Virus record (IMG/VR): IMGVR_UViG_3300037501_000241
Origin: a virus
Reading direction: 5' to 3' (one strand)
Length of the DNA: 64,000 bases
A program made the translations under genes and the position numbers. Positions 1 to 9,634 of this stretch are shown here, piece after piece; within the stretch, counting starts at the first letter, position 1, and each line of letters starts with the position of its first letter. The notes under the pieces were generated by a model. That model was not told where the DNA came from. It saw nothing but the letters and a program-made list of their open reading frames with translations, and did no database searches.

Positions 1-178
1 CAATAATAAGTGAAGCATATTGGTTTGTTGCTCCCGCCAGATAATGAACCGGAATATTTATATCCTTGCAATTTTCTATTTTTATCGGATTTGTTTGGTT
101 ATCAGAAGCAGTCGCTGTTAATGTTTCATGCGAAGTTCTTGAACCAATTAGATCAGTTACTATTGTTTGTAAAGGCAT
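1..178 (-). CDS. 5' part of virion-module protein (complete copy at 42087..42542)
   Basis: Identical to 42365-42542; truncated by the window edge. Confidence 0.85.
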   Translation of the reverse strand, partial: MPLQTIVTDLIGSRTSHETLTATASDNQTNPIKIENCKDINIPVHYLAGATNQYASLII

Positions 179-192
179 AAGTTTATATTAAA

Positions 193-849
193 TTATTTCT
201 TAAGAGAACCCCACCTTTTCTTTTGATTAAATACTTTAATTTCATTTTCAGGCACCAAAGTTTCTTCCGATTCAACTATCGGAACTTCAATAGGCGCGTC
301 TGTAATCTTTTCTTCATTAACTTCAATTTCTTTAACAACCGGCCCTGGCTCTTTTACAATTTCTTCCATTTTTCCAAGTATTTCATCAACTCTTTTTTGA
401 ATACTCTTTACAGAAAATTTTTTTGAATATTCTTTATCAATTTTCTCAATTTCAGAATTAATTTCAGAAATTAAGTCCTTAGTATTCTTTCCATCTGCCT
501 TAACAATGCTTAAATCCGCTTCTAATTCCATTTTTTTGTTAATAAGTTTATTCTTCGATGATATAAGTTCAACTTCTTCATTTATTAAATCCTGAAACTT
601 ATTTTCCTGTTCAGGTGTTTCAATAATAATTCCTTGCAAAACAGATGAAACCCTGTGCTCTAACCCAAGTGTTTTTGGTTGCAGATAATTAACAAGTTTC
701 TGTATTTCAATTTCTTTTTCCATATCATTACCCGACTCTAAAACAGCAATTAAACTTTCTGTTTTGCCAAGTTTTATAAGTTTTTTTAAGTTTTGTATTT
801 CTTCAAGAGTGAAAACATCCTCTTTGAAATTTTGTGGAAATATAGACAT
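193..849 (-). CDS. Hypothetical Glu/Lys-rich coiled-coil protein
   Basis: 218-aa ORF in the late operon; no recognised motif. Confidence 0.75.
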   Translation of the reverse strand: MSIFPQNFKEDVFTLEEIQNLKKLIKLGKTESLIAVLESGNDMEKEIEIQKLVNYLQPKTLGLEHRVSSVLQGIIIETPEQENKFQDLINEEVELISSKNKLINKKMELEADLSIVKADGKNTKDLISEINSEIEKIDKEYSKKFSVKSIQKRVDEILGKMEEIVKEPGPVVKEIEVNEEKITDAPIEVPIVESEETLVPENEIKVFNQKKRWGSLKK

Positions 850-883
850 ATCATTTTATAAAAAATTATTTATTTAAATTATC

Positions 884-933
884 AGCGCCTTTTATTGCTC
901 TCCGTTTTTATTACGAAGAGCAAATAAGACGCT
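884..933 (-). other. Intergenic RNA hairpin (processing/stabilising stem)
   Basis: agcgtctt/aaggcgct and ttgctct/agagcaa arms; G-U pairs fit the minus strand; no U tract follows. Confidence 0.5.
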
Positions 934-937
934 TATA

Positions 938-1699
938 TTACCAGGTTTGTGTTGATGTTGACATTGTTTTAAATGTAACAGAAGCTATAATTTCCGATAA
1001 ACCAACATCAGCTGTGCTTGTTGCGGCTACAGAATCACTCGTGGCGCGAACATTTGCAACATAATACTCACCCTCTCTTACGGGAATACAAGACCCAGCT
1101 CCGCTTGGAATATACCGTGTTCCTGTAGCTGCGACAGAAGACACAAATACATCTACAGCGCCGGATGTCGGTGAATAAGCATATTCAGGAGAAAATAGCG
1201 ATTGCGGAATATTTGCTGCTACTGTACCCAAAGGAATTGATGAGACAGTTGAAGTTCCAGCATACGCGAATAGAGTTGTTGAAGCAGTTCCCATAAAAAA
1301 GAAATTTTGGTCGCAAGCAAAAACTGTCTGTCCCCAAGTATTCTTTACGGATAAAATTGTATCTGTCGCGTTTGTCATTGATAGACCAACAAATTCTCTT
1401 GTGCAATTCTGGTATGAAGAATTGTTATCTTCATCTGTAGTTAAACAAAAAGAATTATATGTGCTAATAACTTCATCATCCCAAACAGCTGTTTGAGCTC
1501 CAAATCCAATTTCTGCCGCAAGTTCTTTATATAAACTTGCGATTGCTTTTGCAGAACCGGAAATTGTCAATTCACCATCTTCGTTAGCTGCTCTTGCAAT
1601 ACCAAATCCACCAATAACTAAATTACTAACAACAACAGATGCTACAACAGAGATAATTGCATATCTCATCACTAACTTTTTGATTTCTATATTTTTCAT
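938..1699 (-). CDS. Putative virion-associated protein with N-terminal signal peptide/membrane anchor
   Basis: Directly downstream of the capsid gene; basic N-terminus, hydrophobic YAIISVVASVVVSNLVIGGFG, A-R-A site, Ser/Thr-rich body. Confidence 0.6.
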   Translation of the reverse strand: MKNIEIKKLVMRYAIISVVASVVVSNLVIGGFGIARAANEDGELTISGSAKAIASLYKELAAEIGFGAQTAVWDDEVISTYNSFCLTTDEDNNSSYQNCTREFVGLSMTNATDTILSVKNTWGQTVFACDQNFFFMGTASTTLFAYAGTSTVSSIPLGTVAANIPQSLFSPEYAYSPTSGAVDVFVSSVAATGTRYIPSGAGSCIPVREGEYYVANVRATSDSVAATSTADVGLSEIIASVTFKTMSTSTQTW

Positions 1700-1722
1700 A
1701 TAAGTAGTGTTGTGTTAATAAG

Positions 1723-2712
1723 TTAAGAAATTGACGAACCATCGCCTTTAGAACCTGCGATAAATTGCCATCCAAGAGCAATCGGAGCAAAACTAACAGA
1801 AGCATCGTTTTCAAAGGTTCCGTTTGATATTACCGAATCTTGAGCCAAGCGAGGTTTCCAAGCCCAACACATAAGCATTCTGTTTGGTGTTCTATCCATT
1901 GCAACAACAAACCAATAATTCTTGTATGCCGCAGGCATATACGGCATAACGCGAAAATCAACAACTTTGCCACGACCCTGAAATGCTTCTGCAGAAGCCG
2001 TTGAAAGGTTAAGATTGGCTGTCGGACCATATTTTGAATCAATCGCCTGTTGTACCGTAGGCGCGGCTTCAATAGAACACAAAACTCTTAAGTGTTTTGT
2101 CGGAAGCATCTGTGTTCCATTTTGACCCTTAAATCTATCCATTAAGTTGATTAATTCAACCAAAGCCGATGCTGAGAATGCGCGATGTGTATCACCAGAG
2201 CCGAAGTTATTAGCTTGAGTTCCTCCTGATCTCAATGGATGCGCTGTATTAATCAGAGAAAGTGAATCACCACCAGTGAACATCGCAGTTGTGTGCGAAA
2301 GATAGATAAATCTTGTCGCGTCAAATTCAACGTTGTAATTCAACGCGTTAATCGCATTGTCAAGCATTGATATAATTTGCATTTCATGCTTTTGCTGTTT
2401 AGCTTTAGTAAGCCAATGTATATCTTCTTCTGTAATTACCAATCTGCTTGTATATTTACGAAGTGTTACTGTTACAGGGTAATCTCTATAAATTTCATTA
2501 CTCCCATAAGTTTGTCCCTCAACTGTCAAAATACCCCTTGCCGGACCCCAATATCCTTGCAATTGTTCATCTGCCGCGTCTGGTTCAAAATCGTGGAATC
2601 CGTATTCCTGGTATCTAAGTTGTGAAGACAAATCTTGCATTCTGAAATCCCATAGCGCGCCTATCGCGCGACTCTTTGGGTCAGAAAACGAAGCTGTTGT
2701 CATTAAAGCCAT
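1723..2712 (-). CDS. Major capsid protein (Mu gpT-like, HK97 fold)
   Basis: 329 aa, follows scaffold and decoration genes; KYTSRLVITEE and GGDSLSLINTAHPL resemble gpT-type capsid motifs. Confidence 0.8.
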   Translation of the reverse strand: MALMTTASFSDPKSRAIGALWDFRMQDLSSQLRYQEYGFHDFEPDAADEQLQGYWGPARGILTVEGQTYGSNEIYRDYPVTVTLRKYTSRLVITEEDIHWLTKAKQQKHEMQIISMLDNAINALNYNVEFDATRFIYLSHTTAMFTGGDSLSLINTAHPLRSGGTQANNFGSGDTHRAFSASALVELINLMDRFKGQNGTQMLPTKHLRVLCSIEAAPTVQQAIDSKYGPTANLNLSTASAEAFQGRGKVVDFRVMPYMPAAYKNYWFVVAMDRTPNRMLMCWAWKPRLAQDSVISNGTFENDASVSFAPIALGWQFIAGSKGDGSSIS

Positions 2713-2733
2713 ATTTTTATATTAAGTTATTTA

Positions 2734-3189
2734 TTATGGTTGTGCGTATGCATTTTCTTCCAATTCGGAAGCAACAACAACTACTACATCGTTATCACTT
2801 TCAGAATATGGATCAAATGCAAGAACTTTAACCTGTCCACCTGTAATATCCGACATTCCAACCACGAATGACCCAGAAGTTACAGTTGAGAAATCCTTGT
2901 ATAAATTTAAGTCTGATTGAGCGCAATCCTCACTTGATGGGAAAACCATTTCCACATCGCGGGCAATAACAAATTCAGGACAATACTTGTCAACAGTAGT
3001 GTTATCGGAGTCAACAGTTATCGTTTCTGTTGCCCATCCAAGAATTTTTTGTCCCGCGCTTACTGTCTCAAGATAACCATCTGAATTTATACCAACAGGG
3101 TCCGCTTCAGCAAAAGCACCACTGTTTTTAGCAATCAATGGCTGACCTCTCTCTACGCGAACAGGCGCTCTGTGAAATAATTGTGCCAT
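2734..3189 (-). CDS. Capsid decoration/cement-like protein (paralogue of 3213..3674)
   Basis: Position beside the capsid gene; colinear similarity to its neighbour (DGYLETVSAGQKILGW vs SGYLALATTSSQIVGF; FDPYSESDNDVVVV vs FDPNNEADDDDVVV). Confidence 0.6.
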   Translation of the reverse strand: MAQLFHRAPVRVERGQPLIAKNSGAFAEADPVGINSDGYLETVSAGQKILGWATETITVDSDNTTVDKYCPEFVIARDVEMVFPSSEDCAQSDLNLYKDFSTVTSGSFVVGMSDITGGQVKVLAFDPYSESDNDVVVVVASELEENAYAQP

Positions 3190-3212
3190 ATAGATTTATT
3201 ATTAAAGGTTTA

Positions 3213-3674
3213 TTATGCCTGCGATGAACCATATTGCTGCGGTTCAGCGCAAGTTACTACTACATCGTCATCATCAGCTTCGTTATTCGGATCAAAACCT
3301 CTAACAAGAAACTGGGCTTTTGAACTTGCGGCAAGATTCAAAGTCATTGCTCCGGTTGTTACAGAACCAAAATCGCACCACGCGCCAATATCGGTTTGCG
3401 TGCAATCTTGGTCTGAAGGATATGCCATATAGATATTCATCATTGCGTCCACATATTGCGGGCAATAAAGCTCTACTGTGGCATTTGTTGAAGCGGTTGT
3501 CTTATCTTCCAAGCAAAAACCAACAATCTGACTTGAAGTTGTCGCAAGAGCCAAGTAACCACTTGAATCAATATATACAGCATCAGCTTTTGAAAATTGC
3601 GTGTTTGCAACACCGATTGTCGGATACCCAATAAATCTATCAACGGCACTTTCGTGTAAAAATCTTTGTGCCAT
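3213..3674 (-). CDS. Capsid decoration/cement-like protein (paralogue of 2734..3189)
   Basis: As for its neighbour; 153 aa. Confidence 0.6.
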   Translation of the reverse strand: MAQRFLHESAVDRFIGYPTIGVANTQFSKADAVYIDSSGYLALATTSSQIVGFCLEDKTTASTNATVELYCPQYVDAMMNIYMAYPSDQDCTQTDIGAWCDFGSVTTGAMTLNLAASSKAQFLVRGFDPNNEADDDDVVVTCAEPQQYGSSQA

Positions 3675-3692
3675 ATTTTAATTATAAGTTAA

Positions 3693-4364
3693 CTATTTTT
3701 TAAGAAACTTTAACGCTTTAGGATTAATTGCTTTTACAAATTGAACCGCGGGATCGTTTTCATCGTAATAGTCAGCTCCCTCAGAAGAAGCTTTTGAAGC
3801 AGAAAATGATTTCATAATATCTTCTCTTTTCTTTTCCATTCCCTCTTTAATTCCTTCATTATAAATAAGTTGCTGATTGGCAAGTAATTTTGCCGCCTTA
3901 ATCTTCTCTTCATTCGTTTTATAAAGCGGAGAATTTTTAACTGTTTCAAAATGGAGTTCAATTAATTTTGCTTCATCTTCCGATGACGCAACTTTATTTA
4001 TTCCATCTTTAATCTCCTTTTCAAAAATAATACTTTTAAACTTTTCCTCAATTCCGTCAACCTTTTCATTAACCATTTTTTGTATGGTTTCTGTTAAAAT
4101 TTCCGCATCAAGTTTAGGCTCTTTCTTCATTGATTCAATGGCTCGGTTCTTGTGGTTAATTATTTCGTTCGCTTTTTTAAGTTCTTCTTTGTAAAAATCA
4201 ACTTCCTTGTTATCTGAACTTTCTTGTTTTACACCGTCTCCGCTTTTCTCAGCGTTTTCGGTAGTTTGTTCAGCTTGCGATTTTTGTTTATTCTCATTAT
4301 CGCCTTGAGTTTTACCAACTTTATTTTCCGACTCGTTGGTTTGGGTCTGTGTTTCGTCTGCCAT
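3693..4364 (-). CDS. Capsid scaffolding protein
   Basis: Acidic disordered N-terminus then coiled coil, between portal and capsid genes; start taken at MADETQ (4364). Confidence 0.65.
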   Translation of the reverse strand: MADETQTQTNESENKVGKTQGDNENKQKSQAEQTTENAEKSGDGVKQESSDNKEVDFYKEELKKANEIINHKNRAIESMKKEPKLDAEILTETIQKMVNEKVDGIEEKFKSIIFEKEIKDGINKVASSEDEAKLIELHFETVKNSPLYKTNEEKIKAAKLLANQQLIYNEGIKEGMEKKREDIMKSFSASKASSEGADYYDENDPAVQFVKAINPKALKFLKK

Positions 4365-4498
4365 AAAATTATGGTTAGTTTTTCTCCGCAAGAAGAGAAT
4401 TAATACTTGCTTAAGTTTTTATTTTCCGCCATAAACTTATAAAAATGGCTGTTATTTATTTTGAAATTATGTCAACGATGGGAGGATTTGGTTTCATA

Positions 4499-4825
4499 TT
4501 AAAATTTATTAATTATACTTTCTTTTTCCTTAGAATTATATTTTGCGATAAGCTCATCAAAAACTCGCTGATAAAACCTTATTGTCTTTTCAAAAGAAAC
4601 AAATATCTGCAATGCTTTCCGTGTTGATTGCAGGTCTTCGGGAGCCGTTCTTATGGCAATTTCTTCATAAAAACCTCGTAAAACTTCATCATATAGCGTC
4701 TTTATCCCGCCATCCCACTTTTCTTTTATATCACGACAAAACTTAATCTTATCTTCTTCACTCATTATACCAAACTTTACTCCAAAATTATTACCAATGT
4801 CTATGTTTCTTAATAATTCTTCCAT
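4499..4825 (-). CDS. Hypothetical protein
   Basis: 108-aa ORF packed in the head operon. Confidence 0.7.
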   Translation of the reverse strand: MEELLRNIDIGNNFGVKFGIMSEEDKIKFCRDIKEKWDGGIKTLYDEVLRGFYEEIAIRTAPEDLQSTRKALQIFVSFEKTIRFYQRVFDELIAKYNSKEKESIINKF

Positions 4826-4828
4826 AAT

Positions 4829-5137
4829 TTATTTTAATTCTTCATCTGATTGCATTTCCAAATCGCGAAATGTCGTTGAATAGAACTTGGCTCTTGCATC
4901 ATTCATTTCTTTCCACCCCTTTGTTTTGAAAATCATTGTTTGAGCTTTGTTTCTAACACTTTCAGAAGCAATTTCAATTATTTCTGTCATAAATCCTTCG
5001 TTAATAAGAGATTGTATAAACATCTTTGACATCTCATTTAGTTTTTCAATTTCTTTTTTAGCGCGTTCCTGTATCGCTTTTTGTTCTTCTGTCAATTCTG
5101 GTAATTCAATCTTTTCTTCTTGTAATTTATTAGACAT
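4829..5137 (-). CDS. Hypothetical protein
   Basis: 102-aa ORF overlapping the portal stop. Confidence 0.7.
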   Translation of the reverse strand: MSNKLQEEKIELPELTEEQKAIQERAKKEIEKLNEMSKMFIQSLINEGFMTEIIEIASESVRNKAQTMIFKTKGWKEMNDARAKFYSTTFRDLEMQSDEELK

Positions 5138-7037
5138 TTTGTGCCACTGGCGGTGTTTTTGTTACTCCCAAACCACGCAAATTTGGCGGTGTTTGTTGAG
5201 GCATAGAACCTGCCGGATTAAAACTATTTATTTGTGGAATTTGTGGTTGTTGTTGAATTAACAAAATATTCTCATCATCACCCTGCGATTGTATAACCTG
5301 ACGCAAAGCCGCTCGCTGGTCTATATTCGGATTATTAAGATATACCTGTAAATACTTTTGTAAAGTCAAGTATCTTTTTGAAGCATCATCAATTCTCTGA
5401 ACAGGATTTCCGACAACTTGTATAAACAAATCAAGATTTTCAGCATAAGACGGGTCAATATATGTTATTTCCCGTTCAACACCCTGTTTTTTCGCTTCAC
5501 TTTCCATTGACAAAATATCAAATGCTTTCTTCTTTCTCTGTTCTTTATCAAGATTCATTACATTATCAAAAATTATATCAATATTTCCGATAGCGCCTGT
5601 TTTTAAATTCTGATTTGGAATAGACACTCGCGCCAATTCATTTACTTTATTTCTCGGATAAAATTGTATTATATTGCGCAACGTAAGCCACCCTTCTGTT
5701 TCAATACCGGTCGCAATCATAATACCGAAAGAAATCATTAATCTATTCGCGTTTAACTCCATAATTTCAATCTCGCCCAAAGTGCGCGGTTGTCTTGATG
5801 GTTGACCCCCGAAAGTTGGCGAGGTCGAAGCGCTATCGGCAGATTTGCTTATCAAATCAAGCATTGTAACATCGCTTTGCGTCACAGGAGTTACTCCCGG
5901 AACTTGTATAAGGTCTTCCTGCGGATTGCCCTGAACATTCGTAATCTTAGAAGGAACATAAACATCTTTATCGACCACAAAGCCGTTGCGCGCGAACATT
6001 GGCGGCATTAAGTTCAACTTCTCCTTATTCATTATCATTGTCCGCAAAGCATCCGCCCATTTCTTATCGTGTCTAAGTTTATTAGGCAGAGAATTTCCCC
6101 AATAAAAGTTAGCATCAAACATTTCAAAGACCATCTTGGAAATAGGATAGTATCCGTGTCGGTAAGCATCAATATTATCAATCGGAAACATCAGAACACC
6201 ATTTATCAGAACATTAAAATACTTTTGTTGTTTTCTTTTCTTGCTTAATTTTTCAAAAGGAACAGGATACCATAGGCGGATAATCTGCACCCTATTTTCT
6301 TTAATCAAAAGAGAGTCGTATTCCTTAAAAAAAGGTTGTGATACATTCCACTTGCTTACTTCCCCTGGTATCACATACTTAAAATTATCCAAAGAACCAA
6401 ACTCGCGTTTCGCTTCTTCATAAGAAACATTTTCCTGAACACGCAAAAAATGCGGTTGTTTCTGTATATCGTATTGTAAAAAATTAGAAATAAAAACTTC
6501 TTCGTTAGGTATAATTTCAGTTTCGTGTTTCCTATCATCATTTATATAAATCATTCTATGAACAGTTCCTTCAACAACTGCCTTATGAACAGCTTGTATA
6601 AATTTGAAATGTCCGTTAAGAGACGGACGACCATCGTTTTTTACGGCATAAGAAAGAAGGATACCAAGAATACGAGAAATAATATTATCAATTTCCTGAT
6701 TTTGATTCTGCGCGAAAACACGAGGTTCAACAAGATTTGAAACAAGGTTTGAAATAAATACATTAACCTTGTCGCGAGTAATGCCGTCCGGATAATATTT
6801 CATCCAATCATCTGATGGGTCCGACGGAACAAAATTATTGTAATCGGCAATACAATCATCCCAAAATTTCTGCAACCCGCGCCCGCCAAGAAATTTAAGC
6901 GATTTTAGTTTCAAATCCAAATCCTTGCGATAATCTTTATAAACTTTAACTATAAACTCAGAAGTTTCTTCGTCAGGAATATACGTCGGAACGGATTCGG
7001 GAAGTTGTTCTAAAATCATTTTTTTTTCTAATGCCAT
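5130..7037 (-). CDS. Portal protein (podovirus-type)
   Basis: 635 aa, downstream of the terminase, Gln/Pro-rich C-terminal tail typical of P22-like portals. Confidence 0.8.
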   Translation of the reverse strand: MALEKKMILEQLPESVPTYIPDEETSEFIVKVYKDYRKDLDLKLKSLKFLGGRGLQKFWDDCIADYNNFVPSDPSDDWMKYYPDGITRDKVNVFISNLVSNLVEPRVFAQNQNQEIDNIISRILGILLSYAVKNDGRPSLNGHFKFIQAVHKAVVEGTVHRMIYINDDRKHETEIIPNEEVFISNFLQYDIQKQPHFLRVQENVSYEEAKREFGSLDNFKYVIPGEVSKWNVSQPFFKEYDSLLIKENRVQIIRLWYPVPFEKLSKKRKQQKYFNVLINGVLMFPIDNIDAYRHGYYPISKMVFEMFDANFYWGNSLPNKLRHDKKWADALRTMIMNKEKLNLMPPMFARNGFVVDKDVYVPSKITNVQGNPQEDLIQVPGVTPVTQSDVTMLDLISKSADSASTSPTFGGQPSRQPRTLGEIEIMELNANRLMISFGIMIATGIETEGWLTLRNIIQFYPRNKVNELARVSIPNQNLKTGAIGNIDIIFDNVMNLDKEQRKKKAFDILSMESEAKKQGVEREITYIDPSYAENLDLFIQVVGNPVQRIDDASKRYLTLQKYLQVYLNNPNIDQRAALRQVIQSQGDDENILLIQQQPQIPQINSFNPAGSMPQQTPPNLRGLGVTKTPPVAQNV

Positions 7038-7043
7038 AGCAAT

Positions 7044-7532
7044 TTATTTTTTTCTTAAATGTTTTTCAAATTCGCTTTTTAATTGTCTTAAACCATTTAT
7101 CGGTTTTGTAAAAAACTGCTTTTTTTTGGAATCAAACACAACCTGAGAATTTTGTATCTTTTCATATTTCTCATTCGGCTGTTTCAACTTTTGTATAACT
7201 CCATTATTAAAATAAGCAATGCGGTGTATCTTTTCGCGAAGTTCTATCCAAGTTTTCCAAGAATGGAAAAATCCGCAATTTATACACCGGAGTCCGCGTA
7301 TCCCTTTTGTCCTCAACAGATGATTATTTTCACATCCGCAAACTATGGTATATATTTTCTTTCCATTTGCTTCAAACCATTTTATAAACAGATTCCCATC
7401 TTTCGGAAAAATATTCGCTTTCTGGTCTTCAAAAACACTCTTAACAATCTGTTTATCGGCAACATCTTCCATCGCTTTAATGTCTTTTGACAGATCGAGT
7501 TTACGACCTTGCGGATTTATAAAATTACTCAT
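7044..7532 (-). CDS. Hypothetical protein with Cys cluster (CGC...CINC)
   Basis: 162-aa ORF coupled to the terL stop (ATGA overlap). Confidence 0.7.
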   Translation of the reverse strand: MSNFINPQGRKLDLSKDIKAMEDVADKQIVKSVFEDQKANIFPKDGNLFIKWFEANGKKIYTIVCGCENNHLLRTKGIRGLRCINCGFFHSWKTWIELREKIHRIAYFNNGVIQKLKQPNEKYEKIQNSQVVFDSKKKQFFTKPINGLRQLKSEFEKHLRKK

Positions 7533-8842
7533 ATATTATCAATAACTCTTCCGCCATTGCTTCCATACATTAATTTTTTATACTTTTTAAATTCTTTAAC
7601 ATCATACGATTCTTCTTTTACCAAAGGAACTTTAGATAAGTTCCAACAAGCGAAAGATAGTGCCATTACGCAATCATCGTGTTCTGTCGTAGAAACAAGT
7701 TTAATTTTCTTTGTTTTTTCATCTCTCTCATACCGCATTGCCTTAAGTTCTTTTATAAGCGGTTCATAATTTGGCAATTTTATTGAATCTGTTTCTATCA
7801 AAATGCTTAAATTTTTAAGCATTGCTTCTTTCAACTTTTCAGTCGTTGTAAAACGCTCAACAACTATTCCTCTTTTTTGCAAATGGTCGCAAACTGGTTC
7901 CCCAATAGAATTTGCTTCAACGCGCAAATGAGCTTTATTGTATTTTCTCCAGTTGCTTTCAATCCGCGATTCAATCAAGTTATAATCAAGTTGCGTAAAA
8001 CGATCAGGGATACCAACTTTCCAAGTATGCAAATCAACAGGAATAATAACTGTGTAATCATTTAATTTAGCCAAGTCAATGCCTATTTGATATTGTCTTC
8101 CGTCTTGAATAACCAAATCGCCATCCCATAAATTATTATCTATTCTTCTAAAAAGACCTGAACCGGTAGCATTAAACTGACTTCTGTATTCTTGATCATA
8201 AACAACTTGAGGCAATTCTCCGTTAAGCACATCTTTTTTTAACCTATCAAGTTCTTCCTGTGGAAGTATTCCTGAAGTTTCAGCATCTAAAATATTTCCG
8301 CACCACCAATCCTTATCCTTTGTTTCTGTCGCTCTTTTATAAAAATTATAAAGATTTAAATATCCTTTAACTGTGCCAATAAACATCGCCCAACCGCGCG
8401 TCAAAGACAACATAGGTTGCAATATTGTCGTCCAGATTGAAATATCAATATCATCAAATTCATCTATAACCAAACCGCGAAGACCGCTTCCTCTCAAATT
8501 TTCAGGATTATCAGCGCCAATAAAACGTATTATGCTTCCATTTGGCAATTCTATTTTTAATTCGGTATGATTTATTTTGCAGCCGGGCGGAATATACTTA
8601 TTTAACATTTCGGGATCTTCAAAAATAATTCTTTTTACTTGATTGGCATAAGGAGCAATATACCAATAAACACCAACTTGTTTAAATGCCTCTATAATTA
8701 ATTTGTTAAGAGCAAAGCAAGATTTTCCCGCGCGCCTGTGCCATATTAAAACTATAAAGCGCTCTTTTCTTTTTAAAACTTCCATTTGATAAGATCGTGG
8801 GATAAAATTATAAGGAATAGATATTTCATTTCCCATAATCAA
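7529..8842 (-). CDS. terL: Terminase large subunit
   Basis: Walker A WHRRAGKS, Walker B LVIDE, nuclease motifs IGIDLAK and HDDCVMAL. Confidence 0.95.
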   Translation of the reverse strand: MIMGNEISIPYNFIPRSYQMEVLKRKERFIVLIWHRRAGKSCFALNKLIIEAFKQVGVYWYIAPYANQVKRIIFEDPEMLNKYIPPGCKINHTELKIELPNGSIIRFIGADNPENLRGSGLRGLVIDEFDDIDISIWTTILQPMLSLTRGWAMFIGTVKGYLNLYNFYKRATETKDKDWWCGNILDAETSGILPQEELDRLKKDVLNGELPQVVYDQEYRSQFNATGSGLFRRIDNNLWDGDLVIQDGRQYQIGIDLAKLNDYTVIIPVDLHTWKVGIPDRFTQLDYNLIESRIESNWRKYNKAHLRVEANSIGEPVCDHLQKRGIVVERFTTTEKLKEAMLKNLSILIETDSIKLPNYEPLIKELKAMRYERDEKTKKIKLVSTTEHDDCVMALSFACWNLSKVPLVKEESYDVKEFKKYKKLMYGSNGGRVIDNI

Positions 8843-9314
8843 CTATTTTATAAACTATATTGCCGGCAACATTCTCGGTACTTTTGTCAGTAATTAAACG
8901 AATTCTCTTAAAATAAATATCATTTATAGCGGCAACATCTTTCGCTTGAATAAGTTCAGGATGTTCTTTATATTTGCTTTTAATTAACTCATTTGTATCA
9001 TCAACAACTTCATAAGCATTATCAAGAATTTTTTTCATTTTATCGCTATAAAGTCCTTTGGTGAGCTCATCCATATCCATATCCCGTATCTTCTCAATAA
9101 ATCCGCGAGGACATCCAATTTCTTTCTCAAGAGTAGATACAGGGATACCTAAATCAATCATAGAACGAACCGATAAAAGTTCTTCTATTGTTTCATATCT
9201 GAATAAACCAAATTTTTTATATCTTTCAATAAGAATATTAATCGTATCGCCAAATTTTTGTTTAGCTTCTTTAGAAATTAAATCTATGATAGCTAAATTT
9301 TTCTTTTTTTTCAT
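8826..9314 (-). CDS. terS: Putative terminase small subunit
   Basis: Directly upstream of and overlapping terL; HTH-like segment LGIPVSTLEKEIGCPRGFIEKI; assignment mainly positional. Confidence 0.5.
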   Translation of the reverse strand: MKKKKNLAIIDLISKEAKQKFGDTINILIERYKKFGLFRYETIEELLSVRSMIDLGIPVSTLEKEIGCPRGFIEKIRDMDMDELTKGLYSDKMKKILDNAYEVVDDTNELIKSKYKEHPELIQAKDVAAINDIYFKRIRLITDKSTENVAGNIVYKIVDYGK

Positions 9315-9631
9315 CTCAATTTTCGTTTAAACATCCGTTGTATGCGCGTGTAAATCGGCACTTTGAACCACGCCTTTACCGGCACCAATCTTGTTAGAAC
9401 ACTTACAGGCAAAATATCAAATAAAAGAGATTTATAATACATCAGCGCTTTATCCTGCACAATCGCTTTATTCCACCTTATCTGCGGACACTCTTTAAAT
9501 CTTTCATCTTCTTTGTAAATTGATATTCCACAGAATAGGCACACTTCGCTTCTAAAACAATGTTTCTTTTCAGCTATCTTTTTACGGACAAAGAACCATT
9601 CACAAATGAGATGATATATTTTTTTAATCAT
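9311..9631 (-). CDS. Hypothetical Cys-containing protein
   Basis: 106-aa ORF with ATGA overlap into the terS candidate. Confidence 0.65.
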   Translation of the reverse strand: MIKKIYHLICEWFFVRKKIAEKKHCFRSEVCLFCGISIYKEDERFKECPQIRWNKAIVQDKALMYYKSLLFDILPVSVLTRLVPVKAWFKVPIYTRIQRMFKRKLR

Positions 9632-9634
9632 AAA

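Noticed and set aside
223-9330. Short plus-strand ORFs antisense to structural genes (e.g. 223..426, 2377..2625, 4947..5261, 7152..7490) and similar shadow ORFs elsewhere
   Set aside because: They overlap well-supported genes on the opposite strand and have low-complexity Phe/Ile-rich translations.
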